From assembly GCA_009602725.1 (NCBI GenBank), contig WELB01000005.1, positions 597,615 through 641,928 on the forward strand: a DNA stretch of 44,314 nt, given 5' to 3'. The notes beneath the pieces were generated by a model, which did not search any database, was not told the origin of the DNA, and saw nothing but the letters and a program-made list of their open reading frames with translations. The stretch comes from Spirogloea muscicola. Taxonomy: Eukaryota. Each line of letters begins with the position of its first letter. Within the stretch, counting starts at the first letter, position 1. The position numbers were made by a program, and so were the translations under genes. Shown one piece after another: positions 1-9,100 of the stretch.

Positions 1-18
1 CGCCGTCGGCGCGGCCAT
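1..18 (-). CDS. Possible start of a minus-strand gene running off the left edge (MAAPTA...)
   Basis: The minus strand reads (CCG)n-rich leader then GCCATGG, the same context as the RabF2 start at 19178. It would complete a head-to-head pair with CYP97B. Only 6 codons are visible. Confidence 0.25.
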
Positions 19-214
19 GGCAGCCGCCTACGGCGGCGGCGGCGGCAGCGGCGGCGGCGGCGGGGTCCGCGACGCCACCTCGGCGCCACGTCGGCGGGAA
101 CCGCCACCGTGGCAGCGGCGAGGTTCACTTTGCTTGCGCCACGTGGCGTCGGGTCCCCGCGGGCATGGTGGAGCGTCGGGCCGCTCTGGGGTTGACATCC
201 CGTTATGCCTTGGT

Positions 215-1820
215 GCATCCAATTTCGAGGAGCAGCTGAAGGCGATCGGCCTGGAAATCCGTGCGGCGAAGTGCAGCGCCTGGTCACCGCAGGGCTTGCC
301 AGCCCTCCTCAGCGAGCTACTCATACCTGATGTTGCTCGCTCTTGGGTACCGAGCTTCCCTCTGCATCGTCTATGTGTTTTGCAGTCTTTTGTAGTGGTG
401 TCTTTCTTCCGGCTCCTCTTTCTTTGGCTTTGGACATTGTCCATTCTTTTTTGGGCTGGCTTTGCCAGCCCCTCTTCTCTATGGGCGAGCAATTTCTTTC
501 TTTCCTCCGCCTGCCCTCCGGCTGTCAGACACCAGTCGGGGGCCTCACACTCCTCGGGGTTCCACTGGGCTCACCCGCCTTCGTGGACGAGCAACTGCGC
601 GCCAAGCTCCAGGAGCACCTCAAGCCGGCGGCCCGATTCCCTGAGCTGCACGATATGCAGCTGGCGCTCGCCATGCTTACGCGGAGCATTGCCCAGCATC
701 CCCTGTACCTGGCTCGAGCCCTCCCCCCCTCCCCGGCGACGCAGGCCGCCTATGCAACCTTTGATGCAGGTATTCTGGCCAGCACAGCGGCCCTGGTCCA
801 ACCGGCCTTCCTGGTGACGCCGGCTGCGGTTCACCGAGCCTCCCTGCCTGTGAGCCGCGGAGGTCTAGGCTGCCGCCCGCTGGCTCGTGCCTGCCGGGTA
901 GCACACCTGGAGAGCTGGGCACAGGTTGCGGCTTCGGTGGCCCAGCGTTTCATCCGACATGGGGGTCGCCTCCTGGAGCAGGCGGCAGCGGACGTGGAGA
1001 CATCGCTGGCAGCTCATATCCTCAGGTGCGCACGAGGAGGGGAGCGGACCGGCACACACGATCTGCTCCGGAACGCAATGTTCGGCATACTTGTCGAGGC
1101 CGGTTACACTGTGGCGCTGGAGATGACCTCTGACCGCTGGGGCGGATGGCCGCCTCCACACCCGGCGCGCCGATCTCGTCGCCAGCGCGCTTGGCGGGGG
1201 GCCTCGGCTCATTGCCGACGTTGTCCCGACTGACTGCTTTGATTCCAGGAGCGCCAAACGCTCGTCGGAGGAGGCGGGCTACGCAGTCCGCCAAGCGGCG
1301 GGCGTAAAGGAACGGAGATACTCGGATCACCCAGTGGGCGACGAGTTCGTCCGACTCGCCGTGGACGTACACGGAGCCTTAGGGACAAAATGGCTTGACC
1401 TCCTTCACCGCTCACCGCCTTGCGCGGCGTGCAGTGGCCCGCCGCCACGGGCAGCAGAGCGAGCAGCCTGGCTTCAATGTCGCCGGGTCCCTCGCTCAAG
1501 TCTTCCGGATGCGCTTGGCCACTTCTTTGCAGCGGTCCCTTGCCTTCGCGGTTCACTCGCGCGCAGGCCGCGCTTTGGCTGCGGCCTCCGGCTTCCGTCA
1601 GGGCGACGTCTATCCGCCTGCTAGCTATGCCGCCTTGCATCTACTGACTAGAGGTCACTGAGCGTCTCCTTGCTGGTGTCTTAGCACTTAGCACTCCGGC
1701 TCCTTCAGACCTTGTCCATTTTCTGACCTGCGAGTGGGCTGCGAATGGGCTGACCTGAGAGGCCAGCCCATTCCTTTGGGCTGGCCTCTCACAGCCACCA
1801 GTCAATCTGGCCGCGCTTTC
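215..1820 (+). mobile_element. Degenerate 5'-truncated RLE-type (CRE-like) non-LTR retrotransposon: RT C-terminus/thumb, zinc-knuckle remnant, restriction-like endonuclease, 3' UTR
   Basis: Peptides across frames: LKAIGLEIRAAKCSAW, GLTLLGVPLGS, SLPVSRGGLG, HILRCARGGERTGTHD, RRADLVA...LIADVV (PD-D-type nuclease motif), EFVRLAVDVHGALG, RLATSLQRSLAFAVH...LLTRGH stop at 1661. Frameshifts and internal deletions are present, followed by the shared 3'-UTR hairpin. Confidence 0.85.
311..502 (+). mobile_element. Short 3'-end copy (family B) of the same LINE clade nested in the older element
   Basis: Begins with an ORF tail (ASYSYLMLLALGY), carries the hairpin GGGCTGGC-TTT-GCCAGCCC and a TTTC tail. 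Flanked by TCCTC at 306-310 and 503-507. Removing 311-507 restores the host frame PQGLPALL|RLPSGCQTPVGGLTLLG. Confidence 0.8.
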
Positions 1821-1919
1821 TCAGTTCGGGCTAGCCATCTCATGGCCATATGCGTTACTTCTGAGAGTCTTTTCTCCTTGAAAACAAATTCTCTCTTTGC
1901 TACTGGATCCCCAGTGTGA

Positions 1920-2860
1920 GAACGGCTGTTCCATTTGAGAGCGATGGCTGTGATCGGCCAGCCCAGGAAAAAGAAGGAACGAAATTCTAAGGGGCAATAT
2001 GAGCGCTAAAGCCAACATGATTTAAGTGGCCACTGGATGCTCCATATTCTCTGTTGAGCAGACGCCAGAAAGAAGAAAAATTAGGCCTGTAAGAACAACA
2101 GCCCTTCTAATGTGAGGTACTGGCTTTGAGAGCACTGGCTCTTCCAATGGGGGCAAGGGCTGTGAAAAGCCAGCCTGAAAAGCATTGACAAAGATTTGAA
2201 GGGGCCACAATAACGGAGGGGCCTGAAAGTGCTATGTCAGATCGGGTGGAGGATGGACCATCAGTAGCTACGAGTAAGGAGCCTCAAATCCGACAGACCA
2301 GCTGCCGGAAAACTATCCCCCTGACGAAAGCCAAAGGCTGCAGCGAGAGCACGGCCAGCACGTACATGCGAGGCCTGGGCCAAGGACAAGCTGTGAGAGG
2401 CCAGCCCAAGAAGAAATGAAGTGGCTCTAAGAGGTAGTTAGGAGCCTGCTTTCTACATAATCCAAGTAGGGCCACCAGGGCGGCAGGGACTGCCATACAG
2501 AAAAAATGTCATCATACGCAGCTCTTTTAAAGGGGCAAGGGATATGAAGAGCTAGCCCACAAAAGACTGACAAGGTCTGATGGTGCCGGAAAGACTCCGT
2601 ATAAGGAGGAGCCTAGCCGCTCAGCAGCCCCCATCTACAACCTCAAATAAGATAAATAGGAGGGACAAAGGACACGCCCTGCTGGGACACAGGAGCTGCT
2701 GCAGAGCGAGCTCAGCGTGCAGATGCAGGGCGAACTTCGATAATCTCTGCAGCGACAGGGCGCAAATAGTCATGCAACGGGGGAGGACTTGTAATGTGGG
2801 AAGACAAGTGGAATGTTCGAGCAATAGCTCCTCTTAAGGGGCAAGGCTGTCAACTTTACG
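1920..2860 (-). mobile_element. Cluster of minus-strand LINE 3'-end fragments
   Basis: Reverse-complement 3'-UTR motifs at ~1940-1990, ~2130-2215, ~2388-2415 and ~2530-2580. ORF-tail homology at 2270-2365 and LSLQRLSKFALH at ~2720-2760. Confidence 0.7.
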
Positions 2861-3459
2861 AGAGGTGGTCCTGGACCAATGCCTATGAGGGGGCCCAAGC
2901 AGCCAATTAACCAGCGACATCAGGCGATTAAGCATGCTCAGCACCCTCGAGACAGCAGCTGCAATTCTGACATTCGTCAGCAGGCGTCCGTCAGCATACA
3001 CAAGGATGTAAACGCGAAAGATGTGAGGGGCGTGGCTTGTGTGATGTCATATACCACTTACTTCACAGGGTGTCAAAGCTTTTGCTCCATATTGAACGTC
3101 ATACACTACAATTTGCACCCATTCAGGAGCAAACGCCATAGCTCCCTGCACAGCTGCTGCCTGTGAATGTGACTAACATAGACAACTAGGTGTACACACA
3201 ACTGTCGAGCCAGATGAACCCCTCAGATGCCGCCCGCTCGATCAGCAGACAGCCAGGTCGTGACGGATTACATCAATAGCCATCAATGGATCAGTCATGT
3301 GCCGTACTATTCTGGCCAGACGCGTCACAAGTAGCTACGGGAACTGAGAGCCCGACACTGATCACAAGGCCGTTGTGTAGCTGACGAAGCACTCATCTGG
3401 CACATCTCACAAGAAACAGCTCTTGCAAAATAAGGCGATGGCTGTGAGAGGCCAGCGCA

Positions 3460-4029
3460 AAGAAGAAGTGGCTCTCCCAATGGGGGCAAGGGCTGTGAGA
3501 AGCCAGCCCGAAAAGAATTGACAAGGTTCGAAGGGGCCAAACTACGAGCTAAGCAGCGACTGCGGGGCCTGAAGAGGCTATGGCAGAACGGGGGAGGATG
3601 GACCACTTAGTAGTTACGAGTGAGGAGCCTCACATCCGACAGACTAGCTGCCGGTAAACTATCCCCCTGACGAAAGCCGGAGGAGGCTGCTCGCAGCAAG
3701 GCGGCCAAACACGCCGACCACCCGGCTGCCGACGAGTTCGTCCCCCTGGCTGTGGACGTGCATGGGGCTGTCGGATCCCACTGGCTCGACCTTTTGGCCA
3801 GGCTTGCACGGCGCGCTGTGTCCCGCAGGCGCGGTGAGCCGGCTGACTTCAACGCCGCTGGCTCGTGGGCTCAGGTGTATCGTATGCGCTTGTCCGTCTC
3901 CCTCCAGCGGTCCATGGCCCACGCCTTGCATCTGCGTGCTGGCCGTGCTCTCGCTGCGGCCTCCGGCTTTCGTCAGGGGGATAGTTTACCGGCAGCTAGT
4001 CTGTCGGATGTGAGGCTCCTCACTCGTAT
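3460..4029 (-). mobile_element. Family A LINE copy with inverted 5' part, inserted in the 3' UTR of an older copy
   Basis: 3460-3683 is the minus-strand ORF tail, 3' UTR and TTC tail. 3685-4028 is the plus-strand upstream ORF (DEFVPLAVDVHGAVG...RLSVSLQRSMAHAL...LLTR). AGCGCA is duplicated at 3454-3459 and 4030-4035. Confidence 0.8.
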
Positions 4030-4065
4030 AGCGCAGAAGGAAAGCACAAGGTCCGAAGGGAGAGT

Positions 4066-4200
4066 AAAAGAAGAAAGTGCTCGCTCTAGAGAAGGGGCCA
4101 GCCCAGAAAAGGCCAGCCCAAAAGCGGCCAGCCCAAAAAAATTGTGGACAATGTGCAAATCCAATGAAAAAGGTGCCGAAAAAAGGGCGTAAAGGCTCTC
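4066..4200 (-). mobile_element. Family B LINE 3' end with triplicated hairpin arm
   Basis: Aligns by eye with the copy at 19290-19385. GGCCAGCCCA is repeated at 4096, 4111 and 4126 (period 15). Confidence 0.6.
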
Positions 4201-4237
4201 GCGAAGTCAGGGTACCTTCGACGGACCCTCAGAAGAA

Positions 4238-5495
4238 GGCTTTCAGGGGGATAGTTTCAACGCCGCTGGCTCGTGGGCTCAGGTGTATCGTATGCGCTTG
4301 TCCGTCTCCCTCCAGCGGTCCATGGCCGACGCCTTGCATCTGCGTGCTGGCCGTGCTCTCGCTGCGGCCTCCGGCTTTCGTCAGGGGGATAGTTTACCGG
4401 CAGCTAGTCTGTCGGATGTGAGGCTCCTCACTCGTAACTACTAAGCGGTCCATCCTCCCCCGTTCTGCCATAGCCTCTTCAGGCCCCGCAGTCGCTGCTT
4501 AGCTCGTACTTTGGCCCCTTCGAACCTTGTCAATTCTTTTCGGGCTGGCTTCTCACAGCCCTTGCCCCCCATTGGGAGAGCCACTTCTTCTTTCAGGACG
4601 CGCTCTGTCCCGCAGGCGCGGTGAGCCGGCTGACTTCAACGCCGCTGGCTCGTGGGCTCAGGTATATCGTATGCGCTTGTCCGTCTCCCTCCAGCGGTCC
4701 ATGGCCCACGCCTTGCATCTGCGTGCTGGCCGTGCTCTCGCTGCGGCCTCCGGCTTTTCGTCGGGGGATAGTTTTCCGGCAGCTAGTCTGTCGGATGTGA
4801 GGCTCCTCACTCGTAACTACTGAGTGGTCGGCCTGCGGCTTCCGTCAGGGCAACGTCTTTCCGCCTGCTAGCTATTCAGATTTGCATCTACTGACGAGAG
4901 GTTACTGAAAGTTCGCTTACTGCTGTCTCAGTCCTTACCACTCCGACTCCTTCAGACCTTGTCCATTCTTTTGGGCTGGCCTCTCCCAGCCACCATTTGA
5001 TCTGGCCGCGCTTGCTTTTGTGGTCCATCCTCCCCCGTTCTGCCATAGCCTCTTCAGGCCCCGTAGTCGCTGCTTAGCTCGTAGTTTGGCCCCTTCGAAT
5101 CTTGTCAAATCTTTTCGGGCTGGCTTCTCACAGCCCTTGCCCCCATTGGGAGAGCCACTTCTTCTTCTTCTTCAGGCCCCGCAGTTGCTGCTTTGCTCGT
5201 AATTTGGCCCCTTCGAAACTTGTCAATTCTTTTCGGGCTGGCTTCTCACAGCCCTTGCCCCCATTGCAATGGGGGATAATTTTCCGGCGGCTAGTCTGTC
5301 GGATTTGGAGCTCCTCACTCGTAACTACTGAGTGGTCCATCCTCCCCCGTTCTGACATTAGCATCTACGGGTCCCTTCGTAGCTGCTTAGCGCTTTTTAG
5401 GCCCTCCATCATTTGGCCCCTTCGAACCTTTGTCAATTCTTTTATCGGGCTGGCTTTTCACAGCCCTTGCCCCCCATTGGGAGTGCCCCTTCTTT
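4238..5495 (+). mobile_element. Head-to-tail array of about six 5'-truncated LINE 3' ends (mostly family A)
   Basis: The near-identical ORF tail (FNAAGSWAQVYRMRLSVSLQRSMA...RLLTRNY stop) recurs at ~4257 and ~4635. The 3' UTR TTGGCCCCTTCGAACCTTGTCAATTCTTTTCGGGCTGGCTTCTCACAGCCCTTGCCCCCATTGGGAGAGCCACTTCTTC recurs at ~4511, ~5086, ~5204 and ~5413. A variant matching 1580-1820 lies at ~4830-5015. Confidence 0.85.
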
Positions 5496-5500
5496 TCAGG

Positions 5501-5954
5501 GCAGTGCTGAACAAAGAAAGTTGCAGCACTACTCCGATTACCCCCGATGTGATCAGCTCTTGCCAGCAGCAATCGACATCTTTGGCTGCTTAGGTCCTCG
5601 TTTCCTTACTCTCCTTCAAAACATAGCCAACCTAGGCTACACACGACATGCAGATGTGTTCCCGGCTGAGATGCGTTTGCCAGCTGCTTATCTGTCGTTG
5701 TTGCGACGACGAGTTTCGGCCTGTTTGCAGCGTGCTCAGGCTAATGCTTTGCACCAGAAAGCTGGGCGTGCTCTAGTTGGTAGCAGAAGGGCTTCGTATC
5801 TGCCATCTAGTATCCAGGCATCGGTTAGCGACCTTTTATGTTTTGACCCGTGGTTTCTGAGCGGGTCAATCTACTGTAGGTTATGTAGGTCTTAAGATGT
5901 GCGTGCCTTTGTACTTGGCCATTTGGCCTTCGTTTGTTTCAAATACACAAAATC
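5501..5954 (+). mobile_element. Divergent RLE LINE 3' fragment (family D) with 9-bp TSD
   Basis: Encodes AEQRKLQHY...LPAAIDIFGCLG...RVSACLQRAQANALH, the same endonuclease C-terminal pattern. It has a different 3' UTR with an A-rich end. CTTTTCAGG lies at 5492-5500 and 5955-5963. Confidence 0.75.
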
Positions 5955-6163
5955 CTTTTCAGGATGTACAAGCGCCTTCTTCCACGCCGTCTCGCCGGGC
6001 CGCGGCAGACGGGCGACTGACGTCTGACCTCCACAACGGCCCCGGTAGCGAGCGAGCCTTATCCTCCATCAAAGCCGGCAACCGACAACATATCCGCCAC
6101 TGATCTGCAGGGTCTCCGGGGGGTGCCCGGCGCGCGGGCCAGTGAACGAGCTCGGCTGCGGCC

Positions 6164-9100
6164 ATGGCGGCGTCTACGGCAGCGGTCGCGGCGACCGTGG
6201 CGGCGCCGCCCTGCGCGGACGACTCCACCGCCGGGCTCGGGACGGCCGCGCGAGCCGCGAGAGTGCCGGCGAGGCGGCGCCGCCAGCTCGCCGTGCGGTG
6301 AGTCCAAGCCGTGAGAGCTGCTTACTGGTGCCGACGGCCGCCTTGTCCGGCCGCCCGCGGGCCTGACGGCCGTGGACGCGGCGCATGGCGGTCGCTTGCT
6401 CAGTGCGCCATTTAGCATGGACGACCTTCCCGCTGCGCGGGTTGACCGTGTCCAGTCTCCCCTCTTGTGAGAGTAAGGTCTGCTGGTCGACTTTCTTATC
6501 GGGTCTGCAGCTCGCCCGGGTGGAATGCGGCTGCTGGTATTAAAGATAGCGGCTGTACAAGCCAGGTTCATACAGAAGGTTATCATGGCCATATTAGCGG
6601 AGCCACAGGCTAGGCAGACAGGGCGCTCTTGGTACCCCCTGGTCAGCAATAGAAAGTCAGATGAGCTGAGGGGAAAAAGGGCCTGAGACCAGGGGCGTGT
6701 GACGAGCTGCCGATTGATAGATTGAGAGGTTTCAATTGGTCACGCAAGTAACCTTGTGCTGCAAAAGCACCAGAAGTCTCGTGGTGACCCCTGCCGAACT
6801 TTTTCAAGCTTAGGGGAGCTCGCAACAATTGAGGAACTTTGTCCTCAGTCAGCTTGCAGGCTAGAGAAGCACCATGTCCGCACCTGCTGCTGGCCGAGGA
6901 TTAACGGCTCCAGCGAGTGTTTTCTCGCGCCGGCAGCGTACAGGCTTCATCAAGGCCTCCGCCGACTCCCGTCAAGGAGAGGTCATTTTTTGACAATGCA
7001 AGCAACGCCTTGACGAACCTGCTAAGCGGCGGCAGCATGGGATCCATGCCCGTTGCTGAGGGGGCAGTCTCGGACCTCTTCGGGCGCCCTCTCTTTTTTG
7101 CCCTGTATGACTGGTTCAGAGAGGTAAATAACACCTTTCTGCTTGATACTGTACTGTGCTAGAGCCCCATGCTCTGGCAGAGTGTATTAAGCTGCTTTTG
7201 GTTGTCACTGAGAGCTGACCAACCACTATCTTGAATACTGCACTGCAGCACGGCCCTGTCTACAAGCTAGCGTTTGGCCCCAAGGCCTTTGTGGTCGTGT
7301 CAGACCCGATGGTGGCCAAGCACATCCTGAGAGAGAATGCCTTCGCCTATGATAAGGTAAGGTTGCTTCACGATGTCTGTCCTCATCCATTTTTGAATGA
7401 GGACAACAGGACAGCAGTGTGTGTGATAGACGCGCCCTGCTTTCAGTAGAGGTCTAATTCAGGATTGCACCTCTTCTGGCACAGGGGGTCCTGGCAGACA
7501 TCCTTGAGCCTATCATGGGCAAAGGGCTCATACCAGCCGACTTGGAGACATGGAAGGTGCGGAGGCGAGCGATTGCACCTGGCTTTCACTCGGCCTACTT
7601 GGAGGCCATGGTTGACACATTCGGGGAGTGTGCTGAACGGACAATTAACAAGTTGGACGCGGTGCTTGAAGGTGGGGAGGCACTGACAGAAATGGAGGCA
7701 GAGTATTCTAATCTGGCTCTTGATATCATCGGCATCAGCATCTTCAACTATGACTTTGGTTCTGTCACTACAGAATCCCCAGTAATCCAGGTTCGTTGTC
7801 AGAGCTCTTGTCCTCCTATCTTGGTCAAGGCATCTGGCATGCTGTCATGAGACCTTTACATGTGACTTCCGAAATTTCGGTCACAGGATTATCAGAGTTT
7901 GACAGGTGGCAGTGGCAGCACAAAGCCAAGCAGGATGCCATGTCAGCTTGAACATTTTGAGTGGCGACTGTGTAGTTATAAATTCAAGTAGTATGCTGAG
8001 GTGTATTGCTTACCTTACAGTGGAGCTACACAAAGCCCCTCTCTCTCTATCAGGCAGTGTATGGAACCTTGTATGAAGCTGAGCACCGGTCCACTTTCTA
8101 CATCCCATATTGGAAATGTCCTTTGTCTAGATACCTCGTGCCGAGGCAAATAAAGTTCCAGGCCGACCTCAAGATCATCAATGACTGTTTAGACGGCTTG
8201 ATTACAAGAGCGAAGGACACCCGTCAGGTGACCTTGGGAAGACTCACCCACTTGTAGCCTGCCTTGCAGTAAATGTGATCAAATTGGGCAAATCTCAGAG
8301 CAGAGCAACACAGGGATCATCACTAAGCACTTTACGTTGTCTTGTTTTGTGAACAGGAGGAAGATATGGAGGCCTTGCAGCAGCGTGACTACTCAAAGGT
8401 CAAGGTGAACATCAGGACCAAATGGGGCTAGCAAAGTGGGATTGGAAGAACAAGTACTGCAGAGAGCTGCAATGGAAGTCCTGCCATGACCTTGTGCGCA
8501 CCGGAGAGAAGACATACTAGCCACAGACCACACTAGCTAGTAACATAGTTCAACGGTGCGATTTTACCATTCAGGTAGTTTAGAAGACTGCAATGTGATT
8601 GTGCTGCTAAGTGACAGGATGGCTTGCTTCTGAAAATGATGGGTACTCCAGTGCAGGATGCAAGTCTTCTTCGATTCCTTGTCGATATGCGAGGCGAAGA
8701 TGCTAGCAATAAGCAGGTAGGTAGGCTCGTTCTTCAAGATGGGTTCACCATTACAATGCCACTGCTAAGGTCATGAGAAGAAGCTGCAACTGAGTGATAC
8801 TCACGGCAGACTGTGAGGAGAATACTCTCAAACACTTGAGCTCAACAACAAGCCTTGTACTTATTGTTATCTCTGGCTTGTCTAAAATGGTAGAGCTGTT
8901 GTTGTTTGCATACTCCATGTGACAGCTACGGGATGACTTGATGACAATGCTAATTGCCGGGCACGAGACAACTGCTGCAGTGCTTACATGGGCCACCTTC
9001 TACTTGGCACAAGTAAGCTAGCAGTAGTCCCTACCGTGAAAGTATGCTAAGTCTTGATTGCCATGCTGCTGCTTGCATGAGTCAATGAGGTATGTCATTT

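Noticed and set aside
137..148. G-box palindrome CGCCACGTGGCG as a regulatory site
   Set aside because: Plausible, but a short GC-rich motif with no supporting evidence.
17..817. 266-aa ORF as a host gene
   Set aside because: It is a chimera of GC-rich leader, LINE RT fragment and a nested insertion read out of frame.
2870..3410. Decayed RT core on the minus strand
   Set aside because: Only faint resemblance (YADG); no convincing motif series.
4511..5495. Recurrent repeats as a CRISPR array
   Set aside because: Units are long, variably truncated LINE tails with homologous intervening sequence. There are no unique spacers or cas genes, and the context is eukaryotic.
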